In this document: piece after piece, positions 1-10,252 of the stretch
How the letters are laid out: every line of letters starts with the position of its first letter
Position numbering within the stretch: the first letter of the stretch is position 1
Source: an uncultured Litoreibacter sp.
GTDB lineage: Bacteria > Pseudomonadota > Alphaproteobacteria > Rhodobacterales > Rhodobacteraceae
Direction: 5' to 3'
Assembly (NCBI RefSeq): GCF_947501785.1
Contig: NZ_CANMXB010000001.1
Span: 1,319,048 to 1,383,047 of the forward strand
DNA length: 64,000 bases
The notes under the pieces: generated by a model
What the model was told of the DNA's origin: nothing
The model's database searches: none
Seen by the model: the letters and a program-made list of their open reading frames with translations, nothing else
Position numbers and translations under genes: made by a program

Positions 1-127
1 CCAAACCCGCGGCGGCAAAACCGCCCAAAATCAGGTCCATCTCCTTGATGCCACGCCGCATGGAGCGCAGCTTGAGACGGCGCACCCGCGTCTCGCGCGG
101 CTCGTCATGGCGGGGCTCTTCGCGCAT
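1..127 (-). CDS. sdhE: FAD assembly factor SdhE-like (succinate dehydrogenase assembly factor 2 / DUF339), N-terminal part only; runs off the left edge
   Basis: Not in the ORF track because there is no stop in the window. Minus-strand reading from the ATG at 127..125 gives MREEPRHDEPRETRVRRLKLRSMRRGIKEMDLILGGFAAAGL..., which matches the SdhE core 'RS.RRG.KE.DL.L..F'. Its ATG overlaps the TGA of the upstream HTH gene (TGATG). Confidence 0.55.
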   Translation of the reverse strand, partial: MREEPRHDEPRETRVRRLKLRSMRRGIKEMDLILGGFAAAGL

Positions 128-531
128 CAGACGCCGTCCAGCATGGCTTTCAGGCGCTTCTCCATCCGGCCCATGCGGTTGGTCAGCCCCCTCATGTCGG
201 CCTGGGTGCGGCGCAGGTCGACCAGCAGCTCGGCCATGTCGGCGGGCAGCGCGCCCTCCTCATCCATGTCGCGCAGCCCCTCGCCCTCGCCGGTCAGCAG
301 CCACATGATCGATACGTTCAACATGCCCGCCATCATCTGCAGCTTGTTGGCGCGCGGCTCGTTGAGGTCCTGCTCCCAGCCGCGCACGGTCTTCAGCTTG
401 ACCCCCAGCTTGCGGGCAAAGGTTTCCTGATCCAGCCCCAGCCCTTCGCGGGCGGCGGTCACACGGTCGCCAAATGTTGCCGTGTCATTGCCAAAATAAT
501 CTTCTGCCTGCTCGCTCATCGGTGTCTCCAT
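127..531 (-). CDS. XRE/Cro-family helix-turn-helix transcriptional regulator
   Basis: 134-aa ORF. 'QETFARKLGVKLKTVRGWEQDLNEPRANKLQMMAGMLNVSIMWLLTGEG' is a typical XRE HTH, followed by a C-terminal coiled-coil-like tail. An alternative ATG lies at 519. Confidence 0.8.
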   Translation of the reverse strand: METPMSEQAEDYFGNDTATFGDRVTAAREGLGLDQETFARKLGVKLKTVRGWEQDLNEPRANKLQMMAGMLNVSIMWLLTGEGEGLRDMDEEGALPADMAELLVDLRRTQADMRGLTNRMGRMEKRLKAMLDGV

Positions 532-543
532 ATCAGCGCTTGA

Positions 544-1809
<1,266 letters not shown>

Positions 1810-1845
1810 GGACCCGCGACTTCGCGAAACAGCGCTTTGGTGTTA

Positions 1846-1873
1846 GGATCCTCCAACTCAGGTCGGAGGATCC
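1846..1873 (+). promoter_or_regulatory. perfect 9-bp inverted repeat (GGATCCTCC-N10-GGAGGATCC) whose 3' arm contains the SD of the GFA gene
   Basis: Arms at 1846..1854 and 1865..1873, with the ATG at 1875. It lies 37 nt after the aminotransferase stop. It could act as a terminator or attenuator and/or as an SD-sequestering hairpin. Confidence 0.4.
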
Positions 1874-1874
1874 A

Positions 1875-2249
1875 ATGAACGAGACAACAACAGGCCAGTG
1901 CTTGTGCGGGGCGTCCAGCTTCAGCGTCACAGAACCCCATAAATTCGCGATTCAATGCTATTGCCGGGACTGCCAGCACGTCTCAGGCGGGGGGCATCTG
2001 CCGCAGATCGGCGTCGCCCGCGCCGCATTCTCTTCCGCAGGGCCGGTCAAGACCTACACTCAGAAATCGGACGCGGGCAGCGACCTGTTCTTCTCGTTCT
2101 GCGCGGAATGCGGGTCTCCGCTGTTCAAGGCCACCGGCAAGGCCGCTGACCTGGTCTTCATCTACCCCGGCGCGCTGTCACATCCGCCAGAGGTGGATTT
2201 TGGCAACCATGTCTTTGAAAGCAGCCGCCAACCCTGGGACAAAGGTTAA
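1875..2249 (+). CDS. GFA (glutathione-dependent formaldehyde-activating / CENP-V-like) family protein
   Basis: 124 aa. Zinc-binding Cys pattern 'CLCG...CYCRDCQ...FCAECGSPLF'. GGAGGA SD just upstream. Confidence 0.8.
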   Translation: MNETTTGQCLCGASSFSVTEPHKFAIQCYCRDCQHVSGGGHLPQIGVARAAFSSAGPVKTYTQKSDAGSDLFFSFCAECGSPLFKATGKAADLVFIYPGALSHPPEVDFGNHVFESSRQPWDKG

Positions 2250-2341
2250 CGGGGAATTAAGCGCCAAGAATCCCTGTTCCCCGAGCGCACTGACTTGTGC
2301 TAGGCACGCCTAACGTTCACGTCACAGGCAAGTAACAGGAC

Positions 2342-2749
2342 ATGGCAGGCGAGCTTCCAGAGTTTTATTTTCGCGTTCGGGAGAACGGGGCCACCGTGTT
2401 TCGGGTGGACACCGAGAACCGGCAGCGCCGCATCGACATGTCGGAAATTGCGGTGGTCAACGTCAAGAACGGGCAGATCAAGCCGCATGGCGAGCATGAG
2501 CTAACGCCTGACGAGATGGAGGTCATCCAGGACTGGATGAACGAACGCATCGCGGTGATGGAAACCCGCGCCATCGATGACATCTACCGCGCCGTGGATT
2601 ATCTCAACCTCACAACCCACTGGGCGCAGACCCGCGCCGATGAAGAGCAGCTTGAAGACGTCACTGACGGGCTTTTGCTGGCGATGCATGACCTGCGCAC
2701 CGTGCTGGTCCGCAAGAAGGCGGACCGGCTCTTGAAGGGTGACGGGTAG
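2342..2749 (+). CDS. hypothetical protein
   Basis: 135-aa ORF with strong G/C third-position bias and no recognisable motif. Confidence 0.65.
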   Translation: MAGELPEFYFRVRENGATVFRVDTENRQRRIDMSEIAVVNVKNGQIKPHGEHELTPDEMEVIQDWMNERIAVMETRAIDDIYRAVDYLNLTTHWAQTRADEEQLEDVTDGLLLAMHDLRTVLVRKKADRLLKGDG

Positions 2750-2970
2750 AACGAAAACCATGTGGTTGGACTGCCCCACCCTGCCGGCGCCCGATGGCGG
2801 GCCTGCTACGCCAGCAGAGGGCAAGCGGGCGGGACTTTACCACCGCGCTTACCCCCCATTATGATGCCACGTCGGACCATTGGCTGACGCCGCCACAGCA
2901 GGTCGCACAGCGCATCGGCGTCCCCGTCACGCGGCTGGATGACCCCGCCGAATAATGCCATAGTCGCCAG

Positions 2971-3942
2971 ATGAAGTTGTTGAAACGTTTGGCATCCGCG
3001 GGCAAAAGGCGCCTCGTCGGAGCCGCACCCGAAGCCCCGCTCTGGGACCATCTCGACGCCTGCGGCATTCCGTTTCGCACCCCGATGGCCGATCTGATTT
3101 CCCAATACGGGTCCTACCCGATTGGGTGGAGCGAGGCTCTCGACACCTGCACGCCGCAAGGCCACGCGCAATTCATTGCGGGGCTGGCCCACCAGCCCAC
3201 TTTCCAGTTTTCCCGCGACACCGACCTGCTGGTGCCGGCCAACTACTTCTTCTGCGCCGTGCAGGAAAGCGCTGACCACCGCCTCAACTACGCCAAGGCG
3301 ATCCATGCGCTTGTCGGCCTGTTTGGCAAAGGCGAGCCGTCAAGCACGTCGAACACGGTCGCGCGGGAGTGGCGGTTCGGCCATGCGAGGCTCAGCTGCA
3401 CCGTCTGGCCGCCTGAGCGCCAGGACAAGGGCCGCAATTCCCGGCACGACATGTTTCCAGAAACCATTACCGAAGCGTCGATTACCTTCACCCCCGCGTG
3501 GCGGCCGCCGCTCAGCGCCGAAGAACGCGCCTATTGCGAGACCGCGCAGCCTTTGGATTTGGGCGCGCACCAATCCGCCGCCTACGGCCCTGTCGGCCCG
3601 CTGACCCGCGACTGGCCGGGTGACTTGGCGTCCCTGCCCCTCGGCCCGGCTTTCGCGCAAGACGATGCGGCGCTGCTATGCGCCACCGCGCCCGGGCTGG
3701 TCGACATCGTGCCACGCAGCTGGATCACCGCCATAGCCCTGGATCGCATCACCGGCGGTCGGGGCGGCATGGAGGCACTTGTGAAGTTGAATTTCGCCCG
3801 CTCCGGCCAGACCCATTTGCCAGAAAGCTGGATCACGCTGGCCTACGCCCATGGCGACCCGCACGCGCTGGATGCGCAGGCGGAGCAGTTGGCAGCCCGG
3901 CTTGGCCTCGAAATCAAGCTCTATGAAGGTCCTTCGGACTAG
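2971..3942 (+). CDS. hypothetical protein
   Basis: 323-aa ORF with coding-like codon bias. No signal peptide or motif recognised. Its stop overlaps the stop of the convergent MATE gene by 4 nt. Confidence 0.6.
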   Translation: MKLLKRLASAGKRRLVGAAPEAPLWDHLDACGIPFRTPMADLISQYGSYPIGWSEALDTCTPQGHAQFIAGLAHQPTFQFSRDTDLLVPANYFFCAVQESADHRLNYAKAIHALVGLFGKGEPSSTSNTVAREWRFGHARLSCTVWPPERQDKGRNSRHDMFPETITEASITFTPAWRPPLSAEERAYCETAQPLDLGAHQSAAYGPVGPLTRDWPGDLASLPLGPAFAQDDAALLCATAPGLVDIVPRSWITAIALDRITGGRGGMEALVKLNFARSGQTHLPESWITLAYAHGDPHALDAQAEQLAARLGLEIKLYEGPSD

Positions 3943-5303
3943 CCGCCTTGCGCCACACCTGCCGACATCTCGCGGAAGCGGCGCAGGAAGCGCCACCACA
4001 GCAGCACCGTGGCAAACAGCAAGCCGATGACCAGCCCCATCCACACGCCCACCCCGCCATAGCCCAGCGTGATGCCAAGAATGTAGCTGGCTGGGATGCC
4101 CATCACCCAATAGCTGAACGCGGCCATGATCATCGGCACGCGGGTGTCCTGGATGCCGCGCAGCACGCCAAGCGCCATCACCTGGCCCGCATCCACCAGC
4201 TGGAACAGCGCCGCCACCGCCAGCAGGGACGCGCCTATGGTCAGGATCACCTCCCGGTTCGGCTCGTCGGGGGCGATGAAGCCTTTGATCAGCAGTTCGG
4301 GCACACCGAGGAACGCGATCATCGTCAGCCCGACAATCCCAAGCGACAGCCCGACGCCCGCCATCCCGCCGCGCCCCAGCCCCGCCATGTCGCCCCGCCC
4401 AACCGCGCGACCAGCGCGCACGGTGACCGCCTGGCTCAGCCCGATATGGATCATGAAGGTGGCGCTGGTGATTTGCAGCGCAATTCCATGCGCGGCCAGC
4501 GGCAGCTTGCCAATCAGCCCAATGATCAGCGCGGAGGCGGAAAACATGCCGCTCTCGGCCAGATTGGTCAGCCCAATGGGCCAGCCCAGCCGAAACACCT
4601 CGTCCAGCGCGCCCGTGTCGGGCCGCCAGATGCGCTGGAACAAGGCGTGGTCCCGCAGCCCGTCGACCTGCGTGGCATAGAGGCCCAGCGCCGCGAGGGT
4701 CAGCACCTGCGTCAGCACCGATGCCAAAGCCGCGCCGCGCAGCCCCATTTCCGGGAAGCCGCCATTTCCGAAAATCAGCAGCCAGTTCAGCCCCGCATTG
4801 ACGCCAATCGCCGCGACGGTCACCCACAGCACCACCTGCGTGCGCTCCATCGAGGCCAGGTAGCTTTTCAGCACCATCACCAGCAAAGACGGGAACAGCC
4901 CGAAACCGGCGATGCGCAGATAGTCTTGCGCCAGCGCCGACAGCTCCTCCGTCTGCCCGGCCAATTGTAGCAAGGCCCCCGACCAGATCATTGCGGGCAG
5001 GAACACGGCGGCATAGATCACCGACAGCCACATCCCCATGCGGGTGACGCGGCGTATGCGCATCGCGTCGTCTTTTTCGGCCGCTTCCGCCACCATCGGC
5101 ATCACCGCGAAGGCAAAGCCCGACCCCATGATGAACACCACAAAGAAGAAGGAGGTCGCCAGCACCGAGGCCGCCAGCGCCGTCAGGTCATACCACCCCA
5201 GCATGATGGTATCGACCACATGCACGGCAAATTGCGCCAGGTGGCTGCCAATGAGTGGCAGCCCAAGAACCAGAAGGGCGCGTATGTGCTGGGGGTAGGT
5301 CAT
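3939..5303 (-). CDS. MATE family efflux transporter
   Basis: 454 aa, about 12 predicted TM helices. The N-terminus 'LLVLGLPLIGSHLAQFAVHVVDTIMLG' is typical of NorM/MATE proteins. Confidence 0.9.
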   Translation of the reverse strand: MTYPQHIRALLVLGLPLIGSHLAQFAVHVVDTIMLGWYDLTALAASVLATSFFFVVFIMGSGFAFAVMPMVAEAAEKDDAMRIRRVTRMGMWLSVIYAAVFLPAMIWSGALLQLAGQTEELSALAQDYLRIAGFGLFPSLLVMVLKSYLASMERTQVVLWVTVAAIGVNAGLNWLLIFGNGGFPEMGLRGAALASVLTQVLTLAALGLYATQVDGLRDHALFQRIWRPDTGALDEVFRLGWPIGLTNLAESGMFSASALIIGLIGKLPLAAHGIALQITSATFMIHIGLSQAVTVRAGRAVGRGDMAGLGRGGMAGVGLSLGIVGLTMIAFLGVPELLIKGFIAPDEPNREVILTIGASLLAVAALFQLVDAGQVMALGVLRGIQDTRVPMIMAAFSYWVMGIPASYILGITLGYGGVGVWMGLVIGLLFATVLLWWRFLRRFREMSAGVAQGG

Positions 5304-5351
5304 GGCCCAGCGCTACGCCTGCGCCGGGGCCATTTCAAGCGGTAATGCGCG

Positions 5352-5699
5352 TCAGTACATGTCACCTTCTTGGCGCGGCGCGGTGGGGTTCGCCTTGTTC
5401 TTTAGCTGGCGGCCCAATTCCCTTTCGCATTCCTTCAAGCCGGCCGCCGATGGCCCGCCAAGGCCAATGTCGCAGCTTACCACAACATTCAAATGGTGAG
5501 CCCTCTCGCCTTTTGGAATAAGGACGTAGGAGCTTTGGTTGACCTGACTGTCGCTGTGTTCGACGTCGTCCGCTGTGTAGATATCGTATTGCGTGCCTTC
5601 GTATTCATACGTGCCAATGCGCTTGAAATTCTCAAACGACGAGCAGGCGCTCACCGCCAATATCAGCCCCGCCGCCAATGTCTTCGCAATTGCCTTCAT
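5352..5699 (-). CDS. small lipoprotein, paralog 1 of a three-member family in this window
   Basis: I trimmed the 167-aa track ORF to the ATG at 5699. The product is MKAIAKTLAAGLILAVSAC... (lipobox LAVSAC), 115 aa. It shares 'IGTYEYEG.QY.IY', a Cys...LKEC pair and a C-terminal 'RQEGDMY' with the ORFs at 7370 and 10253. It ends 48 nt upstream of the MATE start. Confidence 0.7.
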   Translation of the reverse strand: MKAIAKTLAAGLILAVSACSSFENFKRIGTYEYEGTQYDIYTADDVEHSDSQVNQSSYVLIPKGERAHHLNVVVSCDIGLGGPSAAGLKECERELGRQLKNKANPTAPRQEGDMY

Positions 5700-6025
5700 T
5701 ATCGGTCTCCCCTTCTCTGTCCCTCTTGCAAGTACCGCGCGTTGCCAACACGCGTTGCCAAAAGGATGGCCCAAAGCGCGGCGTTCGACGTCACCAATTC
5801 TGGTGATGCGGCCCAAAAAGTTTGGCTGTCCGGATGTCGCTCCATTTGGTCTCAAATACTCATATGTCCCCGCTGGCCCGACGCGCGCCCTTCGGATCAG
5901 GGCGGGCGCCGAGCACCGCGAGGCTAAATATGGCGCGCGCCGCAGGCGCTCAATCAGGTCACGCTTGCCTCACGCGCGGCGGCTGTGACATAGCGGTGCA
6001 GCAAGACTGACAGGCGAGACCGATT

Positions 6026-7348
6026 ATGGACACCGACACGCTGCCCCCTTTCGTGGCCCAGGCATTGGACTATCTGGCGCAGGGCTGGGACATTGCCCAA
6101 GGCTGGTTGCTGTCCCCCGCCGCATGGTCGCAATTTGCCATTCTGGTGGTGGCTTATGGTCTGGCGGTGGTGGTCAGCCGCATGGCGGTGCCCCGCATCG
6201 CCAAAGTGCTGACCCCGCCGGCAGACAATCAATCCGCCCTCGCAACCGCGCGCCGTTTCGTGCTGCAATTCCTGCCGCTGCTCTTGCCGCTCATCGCCTT
6301 CGTGTTGACTGGCGTCGGCGAACAGGCCACGCGATCAATCTTCGGCTCCGGCGAGGTCATCGCCTTTGGCAAACGCGTCTTCATCTTCATTGCCGCCCGC
6401 ATCTTCGTGCGCGACATTCTGAAGGTCCCGTTCCTCAAGCTTCTTGGCAAATACATCCTGATCCCGGTGGCCGCGCTCTATGCGGTCGGGCTTTTGGACA
6501 ACGCCACGCTGTTTCTGGAAGACACCCGTGTGCAGATCGGCAATATCGGCTTCTCGCTGATGGCGATCGTGCGCGGGGTCATCGCGGGGTCGATCCTGTT
6601 CTGGCTCGGTGGCTGGTCCAACCAGCAATCCGCTGACTATATCGAGCAGCAGGAAATCCGCCCCTCGCTGCGCACGCTGCTGATCAAGGCGGTCGAGTTC
6701 CTGATCTTCGGCGCGGCGTTCCTGTTGTTGATGAACATCATGGGCATCAATCTGTCCGCTTTGGCCGTCTTGGGCGGCGCCATCGGCGTGGGCCTCGGCT
6801 TCGGCCTGCAGAAAATCGCGTCCAACTTCATCTCCGGCGTGATCTTGCTCTTGGAAGGTCAGGCCACCGTCGGCGACTACGTGGAACTCGATGGCGGCGA
6901 ACAGGGCAAGATCGTCAAGATGATGGCCCGCGCCGCCATTCTGGAGACGTTCGACGGCCGCTGGGTCGTGGTGCCCAACGAGGATTTCATCACCACCCGC
7001 GTCATCAACTACTCCGACTCCGGCTCCGCCAACCGGTTCGAAGCCCCCTTCTCCGTCACCTACGAGACCGACATCAACCGCGTCCCTGACATCGTGGAAA
7101 AAGCTGTCGCCACCCACAAGGACGTGCTGTCCGAGCCCTTCCCCCCCGATTGCGAGCTGCGCGGTTTCGGCGAAAGCGGCGTCGACTTTGCTTGTGAATT
7201 CTGGGTGAACGGGCTGGATGACGGGGAGCATAAATACACCTCCGACATCCTGTTTTTGATCTGGAACGCGTTGAAGGACGAAGGCATCGAGATGCCCTAC
7301 CCGCGCCGCGTTATCGAAATCAAAGGCGGGATGCCCGGTCAGGACTAG
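6026..7348 (+). CDS. mechanosensitive ion channel (MscS family) protein
   Basis: 440 aa with multiple N-terminal TM helices. The MscS core is 'GVGLGFGLQKIASNFISGVILLLEGQATVGDYVEL...GKIVKM..RAAILETFDGRWVVVPNEDF'. Confidence 0.9.
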   Translation: MDTDTLPPFVAQALDYLAQGWDIAQGWLLSPAAWSQFAILVVAYGLAVVVSRMAVPRIAKVLTPPADNQSALATARRFVLQFLPLLLPLIAFVLTGVGEQATRSIFGSGEVIAFGKRVFIFIAARIFVRDILKVPFLKLLGKYILIPVAALYAVGLLDNATLFLEDTRVQIGNIGFSLMAIVRGVIAGSILFWLGGWSNQQSADYIEQQEIRPSLRTLLIKAVEFLIFGAAFLLLMNIMGINLSALAVLGGAIGVGLGFGLQKIASNFISGVILLLEGQATVGDYVELDGGEQGKIVKMMARAAILETFDGRWVVVPNEDFITTRVINYSDSGSANRFEAPFSVTYETDINRVPDIVEKAVATHKDVLSEPFPPDCELRGFGESGVDFACEFWVNGLDDGEHKYTSDILFLIWNALKDEGIEMPYPRRVIEIKGGMPGQD

Positions 7349-7369
7349 GCGCCCAACCGGCATCAGCCC

Positions 7370-7687
7370 TCAATACCCCATGCCGCCCTCGTCGCGCACC
7401 GGCGTCGCCTCCTTGGGGCGAAGCGCCTTGCCGAACCGGGTCCGGCAAGCCTCCAGGTCTTCACCCTCACACACCTCTATCGGCGACGCGGTCGCAAGGT
7501 TGGCCCCCGGTTCATACATAAGCAACACAGCGCCCGGCGACAGGAACGGCCCGTCCTCAATCGCGCTATACACCGGGTAGTCCTTGCCCTCATAGGTGAA
7601 GGTCCCTACGCGCTTTCGGTTGCCGTAAACGGTGCACGCGGTCACCAGGAAGCTTAGCGCCAGCGCCGCCAATACAAATCGTCTCAT
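7370..7687 (-). CDS. small lipoprotein, paralog 2
   Basis: Trimmed to the ATG at 7687, with GAGAGG SD-like sequence upstream. The product is MRRFVLAALALSFLVTAC... (lipobox), 105 aa. It carries 'VGTFTYEGKDYPVY', 'LMYEPG', 'CEGEDLEACRTRFGKALR' and C-terminal 'RDEGGMGY'. Confidence 0.7.
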   Translation of the reverse strand: MRRFVLAALALSFLVTACTVYGNRKRVGTFTYEGKDYPVYSAIEDGPFLSPGAVLLMYEPGANLATASPIEVCEGEDLEACRTRFGKALRPKEATPVRDEGGMGY

Positions 7688-7915
7688 AACACCTCTCATT
7701 CTTTGCCCCACAGAGCCGCAGCTTGGCCGCTTTTCCCCGGTCACGCATCACCAATTTTGGTGACGCGCCAGGCCGGCATCGTAGTTTCGGCGCGCACCCG
7801 GCACTGGGCGCCCGTAGCGGAAATTCCTTGGTCTGCGCCCGATGCCGGCGCTAGGCTTCGGCTGTGGCACCCGTTGGGGGGCCATTTCACGACCGGTATT
7901 TAAGGGGATCATTGA

Positions 7916-9469
7916 ATGACCAACGCATCAGCGACACCGCCAGACATTACAAAAATCATCACCGAGGCCTGCGCGCGCGGCATGACCGTGACCACGTGCA
8001 ACAGCGGCGACTACAAAGAGCGCAAAGCGGTGCACAACGCGCGGCTGGACAGCGATCCGCTGGTCATCGTGACCTGCCGCGACGCGCAAGACGTGTCTTT
8101 CTGGATGCAGTCGCTTGAGGGCATAGACATCTCCATCTCGGTGCGCTCCGGCGGGCATCACCACGAGGGTATGTGCTCCAACGACGATGGCGTGGTGCTG
8201 GTGATGCAACCCGACATTCCGCTGAAGATCATCGGTGACTTCGCGTGGATCGCGCCCGGACGCAAGCTCGGCGAGATCATTGGCGAGCTGGCCTCGCATG
8301 GTCGGATGATGCCAACGGGCGGCTGCGGCTCGGTCAATGTGGGCGGGCTGACCAATGGCGGCGGCTGGGGCATGTCCTACCGCAACAAGGGGCTGACAGT
8401 GGACGCACTGCGCGAGGTGGAGATGGTGCTGCCCGACGGGGAAATCGTGTCCTTCGACAAGGAAAAATTCACCAAAGGCAATACCGACCTCGCCACGGCG
8501 AAGGACCTGTTCTGGGCCATCCGCGGCGGCGGCGGCGGCAATTTCGGGGTGGTCACCCGCTTCAAGTTCGAGCTTTACGACCCCGGCCCGGTCTTCACCA
8601 CCTTCGCACTACAATATGGCAAACCCAGCCGTCACGAGGCGGCTTTGGCGTGGATGGAGCTGTGCAGATCAGCCGATCACAGGCTCAACACATTCGCCCG
8701 CATGTCGGTCGCCGATGGCGACGCCATCGAGCTGCGGCGGCCCGCGTTTTCCATCATCGGGGTGTTCTACGGCCCACAGGCAGATTGCGCAGAGGCGCTC
8801 AAGCCGGTGCTGGCGAAAGAGCCCTTCTCGATCAGTATCGAGCCGCATGAATTCGGCACGCAGGACAGCTATCAGCGCGCCATGTTCCTGAGCGCCGGGG
8901 GCGAAGGTCCCCGCGACAATGCCACCGGCGAGCTGCTGCCGCTGCAGGCCTATGCGTTGCAGGTCGGGGCGCTGTCGGCGGACGGCCCCAAAAGCACCTG
9001 CAAAACCCCCGAGCCGCATAAGATCAGCTCCGCCATCGTTGAAGACGGGTGTGATGAGGCGGTCCTAACTGCCGCTGAGGCCTATATCGACGCCCATCAG
9101 GACAAGGCGGATACCAATATGTATCTCAGCCTGCACGGCATGGGCGGATGCGGCGCGGATACCACCCAAAATGTCGACGCCGCCTTCCCCTGGCGCGGCA
9201 AGGCCTACATGTTGCAGGTGCAAGCGTGGTGGATAAAGGACTCACCCAAGGTGAAGAATTGCGAGATCCTTGACTGGGTCTGCGGCTTCCGCAAAAAGCT
9301 TGCCGACACGGGTCACGTTGAAGGCGCGTTCATCAACTTCCCCGACCGCAAACAGAAAATTCGGCTCTATTACGGCGGATCATGGGACGAGCTCTACCGC
9401 ATCAAAAAGCAGGTGGATGAGGACAACCGGCTGGGCTTCGAGATGGGGATATTGGGGCCACGGCAATAG
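7916..9469 (+). CDS. FAD-binding oxidoreductase with C-terminal berberine-bridge-enzyme-like (BBE) domain
   Basis: 517 aa. PCMH-type FAD-binding motifs 'SVRSGGHHHEG' and 'FWAIRGGGGGNFGVVT'. C-terminal 'YRIKKQVDEDNRLGFEMGI' resembles the BBE domain. Confidence 0.85.
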   Translation: MTNASATPPDITKIITEACARGMTVTTCNSGDYKERKAVHNARLDSDPLVIVTCRDAQDVSFWMQSLEGIDISISVRSGGHHHEGMCSNDDGVVLVMQPDIPLKIIGDFAWIAPGRKLGEIIGELASHGRMMPTGGCGSVNVGGLTNGGGWGMSYRNKGLTVDALREVEMVLPDGEIVSFDKEKFTKGNTDLATAKDLFWAIRGGGGGNFGVVTRFKFELYDPGPVFTTFALQYGKPSRHEAALAWMELCRSADHRLNTFARMSVADGDAIELRRPAFSIIGVFYGPQADCAEALKPVLAKEPFSISIEPHEFGTQDSYQRAMFLSAGGEGPRDNATGELLPLQAYALQVGALSADGPKSTCKTPEPHKISSAIVEDGCDEAVLTAAEAYIDAHQDKADTNMYLSLHGMGGCGADTTQNVDAAFPWRGKAYMLQVQAWWIKDSPKVKNCEILDWVCGFRKKLADTGHVEGAFINFPDRKQKIRLYYGGSWDELYRIKKQVDEDNRLGFEMGILGPRQ

Positions 9470-9483
9470 GCAATGCCCGGGCT

Positions 9484-10170
9484 TTATCCACCCGGAACCG
9501 CCAGCTTTTTCAGGTCCTGCAACGTGCCTTTGAAGTGGTCCAGGTCGACCGGGGTGTTGATCCCTAACACCTTGCCGCTTTCAGAATGCTGCCAGATCGT
9601 CCAGCCGGTCCAACCGGTGACAGGGCGCGGCGCGCGTACCCCGTATTCGGCCACCCAAAGCGGGTAATCCGAGAATGAGCCGTCGAAATTGGCGTTCCAA
9701 AACGCGGGCTCCGTATAGACGATCGGTGTGACCCCGTAATGCGCCTTCAACAGGCTCAGGAATTCATGCAGGTCGGCGATCATCGCGGTGCGCCCCTGCG
9801 GGTGTTGCTTGCGCTCCACGTCCACCATCGGCGGCAGGTCCCCGGGCTCCAGCGTCACGTGTTTGGTGAAATTGGCCAACTGGTCTTTGGGCGGGTCTCC
9901 CACCACGTAGAAATGATAGGCCCCCCGCGTCAGCCCGGCGGATTTCATGGCGGGCCAATTGGTGGCAAAGGTCTGGTCCCCCACCGTGTCGCCCTCGGAC
10001 GCTTTGGCGTAGGCCCAATCCACGCCCGCCCCCTTCACCTTGGCCCAATCAACCGGGCCCTGATCGTGGGACACGTCAACGCCGCTGGTCAGGGTCTCGG
10101 CATTGACGGCGATGGGGAGGCTTAAACAAAGCGCAAGCGCGCAAAGCAGCAATTTGGGCATGGCAGACAT
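9484..10170 (-). CDS. secreted glycoside hydrolase family 25 lysozyme (muramidase)
   Basis: 228 aa. Signal peptide 'MPKLLLCALALCLSLPIAVNA'. The GH25 start 'GVDVSHDQGPVDWAKVKGAGVDWAYAKASEG' and 'RGAYHFY' are present. An alternative ATG lies at 10161. Confidence 0.85.
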   Translation of the reverse strand: MSAMPKLLLCALALCLSLPIAVNAETLTSGVDVSHDQGPVDWAKVKGAGVDWAYAKASEGDTVGDQTFATNWPAMKSAGLTRGAYHFYVVGDPPKDQLANFTKHVTLEPGDLPPMVDVERKQHPQGRTAMIADLHEFLSLLKAHYGVTPIVYTEPAFWNANFDGSFSDYPLWVAEYGVRAPRPVTGWTGWTIWQHSESGKVLGINTPVDLDHFKGTLQDLKKLAVPGG

Positions 10171-10252
10171 CTCAAATAAGAAAAGCTATGCCGTATCATT
10201 GCCGAAAAAGGCGTATTTGTATACCTCCTTGCCCCGCCCGAGCCGGGCCAAA

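Noticed and set aside
127-531. HTH protein (127..531) or PIN protein (51024..51563) as halves of classical toxin-antitoxin modules
   Set aside because: Neither has the complementary partner adjacent. The HTH gene is followed by an sdhE-like gene, and the PIN gene is preceded by a 406-aa methyltransferase rather than a small antitoxin.
3676-5031. 451-aa minus-strand ORF, plus the 340-aa plus-strand ORF at 3948..4970
   Set aside because: These are alternative or antisense frames over the MATE transporter gene. The translations are Arg/Gly/Ala-rich and lack TM helices, whereas the 3939..5303 frame gives a clean 12-TM MATE protein.
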